Shown in pieces: positions 1-7,720 of a stretch of 32,000 nt of DNA. The translations under genes were made by a program, and so were the position numbers. Source of the stretch: Xanthomonas campestris pv. campestris str. ATCC 33913 (GTDB lineage Bacteria > Pseudomonadota > Gammaproteobacteria > Xanthomonadales > Xanthomonadaceae); the NCBI RefSeq assembly GCF_000007145.1, contig NC_003902.1, forward strand, positions 4,016,497 through 4,048,496, in the 5' to 3' direction. The notes below the pieces were generated by a model, which was not told the DNA's origin, did not search any database, and saw only the letters and a program-made list of their open reading frames with translations. Position 1 is the first letter of the stretch; each line of letters opens with the position of its first letter.

Positions 1-353
1 CGGCCAACAGCTGCGCCATCGTGCATTCGGATTCGGAAGAAGGCATTCAGCGGCTCAATCAGGAAGCGGCCAAGGTGATTGCCAACGCGCGCCGCGCCGG
101 CATGGAGATTCCGCCCGAACGCGCCATCCGCTGGCTCACCAGCAACGCCGCCAAGGCGCTGGGCATCGAGCAACAGACCGGTGCGCTGGAGCCGGGCAAG
201 ATGGGCGATATGGTGGTGTGGAACGGCAACCCCTTCAGTTCCTACGCACTGGCCGAGCAGGTGTATATCGACGGCGCGCAGGTGTACGACCGCCACGACC
301 GCAGGTTGCAACCGGTCTCCGACTTCATGCTGGGCCAGGAGGTGGCACGATGA
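1..353 (+). CDS. Metal-dependent amidohydrolase family protein, C-terminal fragment (gene starts upstream of the window)
   Basis: The frame is open from the window edge (codons from nt 3: ANSCAIVHSDSEEGIQRL...). The tail GALEPGKMGDMVVWNGNPF...YIDG is the typical C-terminal segment of PF01979-type amidohydrolases. Third-codon positions are G/C rich. The TGA at 351-353 overlaps the next start codon (ATGA). Confidence 0.75.
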   Translation, partial: ANSCAIVHSDSEEGIQRLNQEAAKVIANARRAGMEIPPERAIRWLTSNAAKALGIEQQTGALEPGKMGDMVVWNGNPFSSYALAEQVYIDGAQVYDRHDRRLQPVSDFMLGQEVAR

Positions 354-1630
354 GCCGCGCCATGTTCCGCCGCCCGCGCCTGCGTGCGTTGTCCGCATTG
401 GTGCTGGCTGCGCTGACATTGCCGGCAGTTGCGCAGCAGGTGCTGATTCGCGGCGCCACCGTGCATACCGCCACCAGCCAGGGCACGTTGCGCAATACCG
501 ATGTCCTGGTGCAGGGTGGCGTGATTCGCGCCATCGGCACTGGCCTTGCCGTGCCCACCCACGGCCGCGTGGTCGAGGCCAAGGGCCGCCCGCTGACGCC
601 GGCCCTGTTTGGCGGCATCACCGAGATCGGTATCGAAGAAGTGTCTGGCGAAGCCGCCACGGTGGACAGCGGCGTCAAGCTGACCGAGCAGCCGATGCGC
701 CCGGAATTCGACGTCACCCTGGCCTACAACCCGGACTCGGTGCTGATCCCGGTGGCACGCGTGGAAGGCATCGGCTTCACCGCGCTCGGGGCGACCACCA
801 GCGGCGCGTTCATCGCCGGCCAAGGCGGCATCGTGCGCCTGGATGGCGGCCCGGATCCGGTCGGCCCGCATGCCCTGTTCGTTCGTCTGGGTGCGGCCGC
901 GTCGGACCTGACCGGCAGCTCGCGCGCCGCGCAGTGGATGCTGCTCGATCAACTGGTGGCCGAAGCACGCGGGCGCGTGCCGGCAGACTCGCCGCATGCC
1001 TTGCTGACCCCGGTTGGCCGCAGCGTGCTGGCCAACTATTTGGCCGGCCGGGGCCGCATCGTGGTGCAGGTGGAACGGGCTGCGGACATCCGCCAGCTGT
1101 TGCGTTGGGCGCAGCGCGAGAAGGTGCGCATTGCCATTGCCGGCGGCACCGAAGCGTGGAAGCTCGCCCCGCAGCTGGCGCAGGCCAAGGTGCCGGTGCT
1201 GGTGGATGCGTTGGCAGATCTGCCTTCCACCTTCGACCAGATCGGCGCCACGCTGGAAAACGCCGCACGCCTGCGCGCGGCCGGCGTGGAGGTGAGCTTC
1301 ACCCAGAGCGGCGATGCCTCGCACAACGCACGCAAGCTGCGTCAGCTGGCCGGTAATGCCGTGGCCAATGGCCTGCCATGGGAATCCGGCCTGGCCGGGC
1401 TGACCCGCGTGCCGGCGGAAATCTTTGGCGTGGGCGATCGCATCGGCAGCATTGCGGTGGGCAAGCAGGCCGACCTGGTGCTGTGGGACGGCGACCCGCT
1501 GGATGTGGCGCATTACGCCGAACAGGTCTGGATGGGCGGGCGCGACATGCCGATGCGCTCGCGCCAGACCGATCTGCGCGACCGCTATCTGCAGCAGGCC
1601 GGCCCGTTGCCACGCGCCTACCAACGCTGA
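350..1630 (+). CDS. Secreted amidohydrolase-family paralog (426 aa) with a degenerate metal-binding motif
   Basis: Track frame 218..1630. The most plausible start is ATG 350, because MSRAMFRRPRLRALSALVLAALTLPAVA|QQ is a Sec-type signal peptide. The C-terminal GSIAVGKQADLVLWDGDPLD is an amidohydrolase tail. Where PGxxDxHxH is expected the sequence reads TPALFGGITEIGIEE (no His). Confidence 0.75.
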   Translation: MSRAMFRRPRLRALSALVLAALTLPAVAQQVLIRGATVHTATSQGTLRNTDVLVQGGVIRAIGTGLAVPTHGRVVEAKGRPLTPALFGGITEIGIEEVSGEAATVDSGVKLTEQPMRPEFDVTLAYNPDSVLIPVARVEGIGFTALGATTSGAFIAGQGGIVRLDGGPDPVGPHALFVRLGAAASDLTGSSRAAQWMLLDQLVAEARGRVPADSPHALLTPVGRSVLANYLAGRGRIVVQVERAADIRQLLRWAQREKVRIAIAGGTEAWKLAPQLAQAKVPVLVDALADLPSTFDQIGATLENAARLRAAGVEVSFTQSGDASHNARKLRQLAGNAVANGLPWESGLAGLTRVPAEIFGVGDRIGSIAVGKQADLVLWDGDPLDVAHYAEQVWMGGRDMPMRSRQTDLRDRYLQQAGPLPRAYQR

Positions 1631-1632
1631 GC

Positions 1633-1653
1633 TGCGCGGCGCGGCGCCGCGCA
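1633..1653 (+). terminator. GC-rich hairpin directly after the amidohydrolase stop codon (no U-tract)
   Basis: tgcgcggcg-cgg-cgccgcgca forms a 9-bp stem with a 3-nt loop, starting 3 nt after TGA 1628-1630. No T-run follows, so terminator function is uncertain. Confidence 0.3.
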
Positions 1654-1794
1654 CGGCTGCGTCGCTGACAGTGGTCGCAGCACGCTGTAAGCGCCGCATC
1701 GCGGCGCCGCGCAGTGCAACACACTGCAAGCATCGCAATGCACTCCACCGTCGCAGGCAGCACGCCTGCGACACCTCATCGCAAATGACTGCCC

Positions 1795-2361
1795 ATGCGC
1801 CTGATGCGCACACTGCTGTTGTCGTTGTTGCTGCTGCCGCTGCTGGCCGGCGCCCAATCCGGCTGGATCGATACGCAAGGCCAACCGATTCCCAACTCCT
1901 CTAGCCGCAAGGCGGTGCAGGACCTGGGCGCCAGCCTGCTGCTGACCCCCGATGCGGACTGGCAGCAAAAATGGAATACGCCCAGCGACACCACGCCGCA
2001 CTTCAATGAGGTCGATCACCTCGCTACCGGCGAGGTGTTGTTCATGCTGATCCTGCTCTCCAACCCGGGCCTGGATGCGCAGCGGCATACCGACGTGGTG
2101 TGCAATATCCGCATCATCGACCCGACCGGGAACCTCGTGCAGGACACCACCGACACGCCCTGCCTGCAGGGCGAACTCAGCGGCGACCCACGCAATGTGT
2201 ACATGGCTCAGGCCAGCCTGCATGTGGAGGCCGAAGCCGACGACCCGCCGGGCCGCTGGCAGGTACAGGTCACCGTCAATGACCGCCAGCGCGGGGTCAG
2301 CATTCCGCTCAGCACCAGCTTCACCATTGGCCGCAAACGCGCCGCAGCGACCGCCCGATGA
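1795..2361 (+). CDS. Hypothetical secreted protein (188 aa)
   Basis: The N-terminus MRLMRTLLLSLLLLPLLAGA|QS is a clear signal peptide. GC3 is high throughout. The stop overlaps the next gene's start (ATGA at 2358-2361). I recognise no family. Confidence 0.6.
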   Translation: MRLMRTLLLSLLLLPLLAGAQSGWIDTQGQPIPNSSSRKAVQDLGASLLLTPDADWQQKWNTPSDTTPHFNEVDHLATGEVLFMLILLSNPGLDAQRHTDVVCNIRIIDPTGNLVQDTTDTPCLQGELSGDPRNVYMAQASLHVEAEADDPPGRWQVQVTVNDRQRGVSIPLSTSFTIGRKRAAATAR

Positions 2362-2777
2362 GCAGCATGCCGCGACGGACCCGCGCCGCGTACCTGCTCA
2401 TCGCGGCGGCCATCTTCTTGACCGAAGTGGCCATCGCCGCCGGCTGGATCGGCGGGCCATGGGTGCGCGGCAGCCTGGGCGATGTGTTGGCGGTGGCGTT
2501 GGTGTATTGCGGCCTGCGCGGTGTGTTCGCCTGCCCGCCGCGGTGGGCCTGCGTGCTGGCGATTGCCATCGGCCTGCTGATCCAAGGGCTGCAGGCCGCG
2601 CACCTGGCCGACCGGCTCGGTCTGCGCCCCGGCAGCGCCGCCTACATCGCACTTGGCAACACCGCCACGCTGCACGACCTGGTGATGTATCTGATCGGCG
2701 GGCTGCTTGCCTACTGCTGCGACGTATTGCTGCGTCGCCGTGTCATGCGTGCATCGCAGCATGTAGCGCAGCAGTGA
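2358..2777 (+). CDS. Small polytopic membrane protein, DUF2809-like (139 aa)
   Basis: Four hydrophobic segments. GDVLAVALVYCGLRG and the C-terminal LGNTATLHDLVMYLIGGLLAY resemble the DUF2809 pattern. That match is from memory, not from a profile search. ATGA overlap with the upstream gene. Confidence 0.55.
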   Translation: MSSMPRRTRAAYLLIAAAIFLTEVAIAAGWIGGPWVRGSLGDVLAVALVYCGLRGVFACPPRWACVLAIAIGLLIQGLQAAHLADRLGLRPGSAAYIALGNTATLHDLVMYLIGGLLAYCCDVLLRRRVMRASQHVAQQ

Positions 2778-3044
2778 GACACATTTTCTGGAGACACGAA
2801 TGGCCGGTTCGATGACCACGGCGCTGACACGCATGCGCTGGCCGGCTGTGAGCGTGCGCGTGCGCCCGCGCCTGCTCCCGCACCATCGCCGTCGGCAGCG
2901 ACGCCGACCACCTCGGCGACCAGTGCGCCGGCAACACCCGCCGCAGCAGCAACGCCAGTCGAAGGCGCATCGCTCGCGCTGGGCTGCGCGGAAGGCGACG
3001 ACCCCGCGCAGGAAGCCAGTGCCATCGCCGCACGCGGTGGCGGC

Positions 3045-3587
3045 ATGGTGCAACGGGTGTCCGCGCATCGCCTGCAGGTCACCACGCCGGCCGGCGCACA
3101 GATCTTTGCCGACACCGCGCCCTTCGACGAACCGCTGGAGGGCGAGGACTACCGCTTTTGTGATCGGCGCGATGGCTACCTGCTGCTGCAGCATCGCGAC
3201 GGCGGCACCTTCGCCGGTACCTTGATCGACGCACGCACCGGCACGCAGACGCCGGGCGGCCTGCGCGTGGTGATCGCGCCGGACCACAGCCGCTATCTGG
3301 CCACCGCGCAGCCCGATGGCATGGATGGCGAGGAGTGGCAGGTGCTGAGCATCGACGGAAAGCAGCTTGCGTCCACGACCAATGCCCTGCTCAGCGACGA
3401 CGCCGCCGAGCCCGGCATCATCGCCACGCTGGATGCACCGCAGTGGAGCACCGCGCAGCAGCTGCAGGCCACTGCCACCTGCCTGAGCGATGAGACGCAG
3501 CAGTGGCAGGTGCGCCTGGTCGAGCAGGCCGGCCGCTGGCAATGGCAGCCACGTCGTGATTGCGCGAGCGCGCCCACGGAGCAATGA
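3045..3587 (+). CDS. Hypothetical protein (180 aa from the first ATG; the reading frame is open and coding-like from 2778)
   Basis: High-GC3 ORF. The first ATG/GTG/TTG in frame is at 3045 and has no Shine-Dalgarno. The same frame is open upstream back to the TGA of the previous gene and encodes ...HALAGCERARAPAPAPAPSPSAATPTTSATSAPATPAAAATPVEG... (see findings). Confidence 0.5.
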   Translation: MVQRVSAHRLQVTTPAGAQIFADTAPFDEPLEGEDYRFCDRRDGYLLLQHRDGGTFAGTLIDARTGTQTPGGLRVVIAPDHSRYLATAQPDGMDGEEWQVLSIDGKQLASTTNALLSDDAAEPGIIATLDAPQWSTAQQLQATATCLSDETQQWQVRLVEQAGRWQWQPRRDCASAPTEQ

Positions 3588-3588
3588 C

Positions 3589-3960
3589 ATGTTCCAGGGC
3601 AGCACGACGGGGTCGATTCAACAGCGTGTCCTGCAGCAGGCGCCCGCCAATCTGCAACGCGGTCTGGAAACGGTGGGCGGGCGGCTGATCCTGACCGCCG
3701 ATGCGCTGCACTTCCAACCGCATGCCTTCAATATCCAGACCCAGTCGCTGACCATCATGCTGCTGCAGATCGCATCGCTGCAGTTGTGCTGGACGCGCCT
3801 GCTCGGCCTGCTGCCGCTGGCACCCAATTCGCTGGCGGTGCAGCTGGCCGATGGCAGCGAGCATCGCTTCGTACTTGGCAAACGCGAGCAGTGGATGCGC
3901 GCCATCCAGGCGGCCCGCGATGCCAAACGCCAGGCCGCCACACCGCCGCCATTGCCATAG
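3589..3960 (+). CDS. Small GRAM/PH-like domain protein (123 aa)
   Basis: Internal ATG 3589 of track ORF 3490..3960, 2 nt after the upstream stop. GGRLILTADALHFQPHAFN...HRFVLGKREQWMRAIQAARD matches the GRAM / bacterial PH-like pattern (from memory). High GC3. Confidence 0.5.
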   Translation: MFQGSTTGSIQQRVLQQAPANLQRGLETVGGRLILTADALHFQPHAFNIQTQSLTIMLLQIASLQLCWTRLLGLLPLAPNSLAVQLADGSEHRFVLGKREQWMRAIQAARDAKRQAATPPPLP

Positions 3961-4166
3961 CCATCGCCGCCGCTTCCGCGCAACCGGCGGCCTGCGCGCC
4001 AAGCGGCGATGCATGCCGGTCGCACCGCGAGCGTGACCTGCACTGCGCTTCGCGTACCGGGCGTGAACCCAGCGCACGCTCCTGGGCTGCGGTTATCGCC
4101 GCTGCAGCCGCGCCCGCCTAGCATCGCGCATCGGCGCACCGCGCCTTGCTCGTTACGGAGATCGAC

Positions 4167-5768
4167 ATGCATCGCATCCCGCTGCGCACGCTGGCCTGTG
4201 CGCTTGTGCTCTACGCTGGCGTCGTCGCGCCCGCATTCGCCGCCTTCGGCATCACCCGCAGTGGTGATCGCATCGTGGTGGATACCGGCGCCGAGCTGCT
4301 GTTTTCGGTCAATGCCAGCAACGGCGATCTCGTGTCGATTCGCTACCGCGGCAACGAACTGCAGACCACCGAATCCAAGGGCTCGCATATCGCCTCCGGG
4401 CTAGGCACCGCCAGCGTGGAGGCGCGCGTGGTGGGCGGCGCCATCGTGATCACGGCCAAGGCCGGCGACCTCACCCAGTACTACATCGCACGCAAGGGCC
4501 GTAATGCCATCTACATGGCCACCTCCGCGCCCAGCCTGCTGCCGGTGGGCGAGCTGCGCTTCATCGCCCGCTTGAACGTGGCCAAGCTGCCGAACGCGTT
4601 GCAGGAACCGGATTCCAGCGTCGGCACTGCGATTGAAGGCGAAGACGTGTTCCTGCTGCCGGATGGACGGACCAGCTCCAAGTTCTACTCGGCCCGGCGC
4701 ATGTTCGAGGACCCGCTGCACGGCGTCAGCGGCAACGGCGTGGCGGTGTTCATGCTGATGGGCAATCGCGAGCGCAGTGCGGGCGGGCCGTTCTTCAAGG
4801 ACATCGCCACACAGAAAACCCGCGTCACCCATGAGTTGTACAACTAAATGTATTCGGACCACACCCAGACCGAAGCCTTCCGCGGTGAATTGCACGGCGT
4901 GTACGGCCTGTTGTTCACCGACGGCGGTGCGCCCTCCTCCGCACAGACCAGCACCGACTTCATCGATGCCAGCCTGGGCGTGAACGGCTACCTGGCAGCG
5001 GACGGGCGCGGCACGCTTGCCGGGCGCGTGAGCGGGGTGCTGGCAGGGCAGCCGGCGGTGGTCGGCTTGCGCAACGCTCAGGCGCAATACTGGGCCACGG
5101 CCACTGGCAGCGGCGACTACCAGATCAACGGCGTGCGCCCGGGCCGCTACCGCATGACGCTGTATCAACACGAGCTGGAGGTGGCGCAACGCGATGTCGA
5201 AGTGTTTGCCGGCGCCACCGCACAGGCCGCGCTGCAGGCGGTGAGCTTGCCCGGCGCGGTGAAGTGGTAGATCGGCGTTCCCGATGGCACGCCCGGCGGC
5301 TTCCAGTACGCAGACCTGCTGCCGCGCGCGCATCCGTCCGATGCGCGCATGCGCTGGGCACCGGTCACCTACACAGTGGGATCAAGCAGCGTGGGCAGCT
5401 TTCCGGCGGTGCAGTGGCGCGGGATCAACACGCCCACACAAATCGTGTTTAGCTTGAGCAGCAGCGAAGTGCGCAGCTATCGGCTGCGCATCTTCGTGCC
5501 GTTGGCGCAGGTCAGCGCGCGCCCGCAGATCGCCGTCAACGCCCGATGGAACGGCCCGGTCCCCGCTGCACCGAATCAACCCAAGACGCGCGGCATCACC
5601 CGTGGCACCACACGCGGCAACAACACGCTGTGTGAAGTGGATATCCCGGCGACGGCGCTGCAGGCCGGCAGTAACCGGATCGCCATCAGCCTGGCCTCGG
5701 GGTCGCCGGACAATGGCTTCCTCAGCCCGGCCATCGTCTACGACAGCGTGCAGCTGGTCGCACCGTAA
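4167..5768 (+). pseudogene. Rhamnogalacturonan lyase (polysaccharide lyase family 4) interrupted by two in-frame stop codons
   Basis: Three consecutive track ORFs (4146..4847, 4848..5270, 5349..5768) lie in one frame (nt mod 3 = 0). Joined, they are colinear with PL4 lyases: signal peptide ...VAPAFA|AFGIT, GELRFIARLN, AIEGEDVF, SKFYS, HPSDARM, TYTVGSS, LSPAIVYDSVQL. Internal stops are TAA 4845-4847 and TAG 5268-5270. The likely start is ATG 4167, preceded by GGAG at 4157-4160. Confidence 0.85.
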
Positions 5769-5830
5769 TCACGCCACGTGCGGGTGCCCGCATAGCGCAC
5801 GGCAGAACGCGTGGTGTGCGGTGCATAGCA

Positions 5831-6619
5831 TCAATTGGCGGTGATGCCACCGCTCAACGACACGCTTCCGGTACCACCGGTCACCTCGAAGCCACCCTCC
5901 ACCACTTGCAGATACAAGGCATTGCTGTAGCGGCCATCGCCACTGCGCAAGGTCTGCAACCTGTCGAGAAACGCCTTGATGTTGGCGTTGAGGTGGCCAC
6001 TGGTTGGCAGCGGATTACTGTTGCCTGCCGTGCCATGCGGAATGAAGGTGTAGACGTAATAGCCCGCAGCATCGTTATTGCCTTGCCACAGGTCGTAGCT
6101 GACACCGCCGGAGCTGATCGCGTTGGGCACGCTCAACGTACCCAGGGGATAGGAGTTGTTGGCACCCCAGATCATCACTTCCAGCTGCGGCGTGCCCTTG
6201 CTTGCGTCCTTGCGGAAGAACAAGTCATAGGCGAAATCCCCGGTTTGCCCACTGCCCTTGGTGGTGAAGGCCACCGCGCCGCTCAATGTCTTGATCGCCG
6301 ATACCTGATGCGGAAAGAAGCTGTCGGTGGCCGGGTTCATCGTGTAATGCCAGCCGCGGCAGATGGCTGGGTAGCCGTAAAGCTGCCCACTGGGCAGGCT
6401 GTAGGACACCGTCATGCTGGGCGTGCTGCCGCTACCGAATGTCGCGGTGATGGCGTTATTGCTGTCGTTGAAATTGTTGTTATAGGCGTATTGCGTGCCG
6501 TATACCTTGGTCTGCCCGGTGTAGGCGATGGCAGTACCGGCGGTAAGCAGAAGTGCGGCAACGACACTGCCTGCAAGCCATGAGGGGGCGAAACGCACTG
6601 CGTGTGTGGACGTTTGCAT
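5831..6619 (-). CDS. Glycoside hydrolase family 12 endo-beta-1,4-glucanase (262 aa), secreted
   Basis: Sec-type signal peptide (…AALLLTAGTAIA|YTG). GH12 hallmarks are present: YGYPAI.RGWHY, nucleophile motif QLEVMIWG and acid/base motif GGFEV. GGAG lies 5 nt upstream of the ATG. Confidence 0.85.
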   Translation of the reverse strand: MQTSTHAVRFAPSWLAGSVVAALLLTAGTAIAYTGQTKVYGTQYAYNNNFNDSNNAITATFGSGSTPSMTVSYSLPSGQLYGYPAICRGWHYTMNPATDSFFPHQVSAIKTLSGAVAFTTKGSGQTGDFAYDLFFRKDASKGTPQLEVMIWGANNSYPLGTLSVPNAISSGGVSYDLWQGNNDAAGYYVYTFIPHGTAGNSNPLPTSGHLNANIKAFLDRLQTLRSGDGRYSNALYLQVVEGGFEVTGGTGSVSLSGGITAN

Positions 6620-6784
6620 GTGGACTCCAGTGATGGACGGACAACTTGCCTACTTCTGCACATGCGCTCTTGGGCGATACACCGGTTAACGAAGCCGTTA
6701 CGCAATATCCGAAGCCAGCAGCGAGAGAAAACATCGCGCATCCCTTCGCATTTCGCGCTCAGCACCAGATGTGCGCGCACGAAG

Positions 6785-6818
6785 AAACGCGTTACACCTT
6801 TACTGGTGTAACGCGTTT
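6785..6818 (-). terminator. Perfect 14-bp hairpin between the two GH12 genes (bidirectional terminator-like)
   Basis: aaacgcgttacacc-tttact-ggtgtaacgcgttt: a 14-bp perfect stem and 6-nt loop, about 90 nt downstream of the stop of the 6905..7720 gene. T-rich flanks on both strands (tttt on +, tttcttc on -). Confidence 0.55.
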
Positions 6819-6904
6819 TGATCATCGCGCCGGCTAGGAGGTGATCAAGGCCGACCGGGGGCCAGCAACGACAACGCCAACCGTGGCCGCGCTGATCGCC
6901 GCGG

Positions 6905-7720
6905 TTACTTGGCGTCCATCGTGGCGCTGACCTTGGCCCAGCCATTGCCGCGCACCACTTCGAAACCGGCTTCGGCCGCATGCAGATACATGCTGTTGTT
7001 GTAGCGGCCATCCTTCGAGCGGTTGGTCTGCAACCAGTTGAGGAATGGCTTGGCATCCACGTTGAGGCTGCCGCTGGTCTTCAGCGTGGCCTGCCCCGCG
7101 GTTCCGGTCGGGATGAAGGTGTAGACGTAATAGCCCGCACCGGAGTTGAAGCCTTCCCACAGATCAAAGGTGCGCCCGCCAGCGGTGATCACCTTGCTGG
7201 CGGTCAGCGTGCCGATCGGCCAGGAGTTGTGGTCGCCCCAGATCATCACTTCCAGCTGCGGATTGCCTTTGGCGGTATCCCAGCGGAAGAAGATGTCGTA
7301 GGCGAAATCGCCCGCCAGGTTGGTGCCGCCGGCGCTGTAGCTGAACTTCATCGGGATCGAGCTGATCGAGGAGATCTGCTTCGGAAACAGCGTGTCGCTG
7401 GTGGGGTTCCAGTCGTAATGCCAGCCGCGCACGATCGCCGGATATCCGTAGAGGTTGTAGTCGGCGAAGTTGAAGGTGACGGTGAGCTCCGGCGTGCTGC
7501 CGGTGCCGAACGTGCCCTGGATGATGTTGTTGGGATCGTTGAAGTTGTTCACCCACGCGTAGTGGTTGCCGAAGATCTTGTACGGCCCGGCCAGCGCGAC
7601 CGGCGCGAGTGCCACCAGCCCGAGGGTCAGGGCGGCCTTCCACCAGCGCGAGGCACGCCGCCGTGTGGTGGGCGCCTGCGCAGTGGCCTGGTCGAGGATG
7701 CGATGTTGAGTCTGCTGCAT
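6905..7720 (-). CDS. Glycoside hydrolase family 12 endo-beta-1,4-glucanase paralog (271 aa), secreted
   Basis: About half of the residues are identical to the neighbouring GH12 by eye. Same motifs (YGYPAIVRGWHY, QLEVMIWG, AGFEV). Long N-region containing TTRRRASRWWK before the hydrophobic core LTLGLVALAPVALA. GGGAG lies 7 nt upstream of the ATG. Confidence 0.85.
   Translation of the reverse strand: MQQTQHRILDQATAQAPTTRRRASRWWKAALTLGLVALAPVALAGPYKIFGNHYAWVNNFNDPNNIIQGTFGTGSTPELTVTFNFADYNLYGYPAIVRGWHYDWNPTSDTLFPKQISSISSIPMKFSYSAGGTNLAGDFAYDIFFRWDTAKGNPQLEVMIWGDHNSWPIGTLTASKVITAGGRTFDLWEGFNSGAGYYVYTFIPTGTAGQATLKTSGSLNVDAKPFLNWLQTNRSKDGRYNNSMYLHAAEAGFEVVRGNGWAKVSATMDAK

Noticed and set aside
242-1813. 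523-aa ORF on the minus strand, plus similar very long ORFs at 2208..3605-, 14180..15841+, 21384..22826-, 21722..23050-, 23001..25580+, 25298..26347- and 28875..31010-
   Set aside because: Each lies antisense or out of frame to a gene with clear family motifs. Their translations are Arg/Ala/Gly/Pro-rich low-complexity strings with no recognisable domains. Stop-codon-poor shadow frames like these are expected in DNA this G/C rich.
3961-4166. Search for PIP boxes (TTCGB-N15-TTCGB, HrpX regulon) and Clp sites upstream of the PL4 and GH12 genes (also 6620-6904 and 7721-7900)
   Set aside because: Single TTCGC pentamers occur (e.g. gcTTCGCgtacc near 4047, and TTCGC-A-TTTCGC near 6745), but none has a partner at the required 15-nt spacing and orientation.
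4146-4166. TTG 4146 as the start of the rhamnogalacturonan lyase ORF
   Set aside because: ATG 4167 is preceded by GGAG at suitable spacing and yields a normal signal peptide (MHRIPLRTLACALVLYAGVVAPAFA). The extra MLVTEID is unnecessary.
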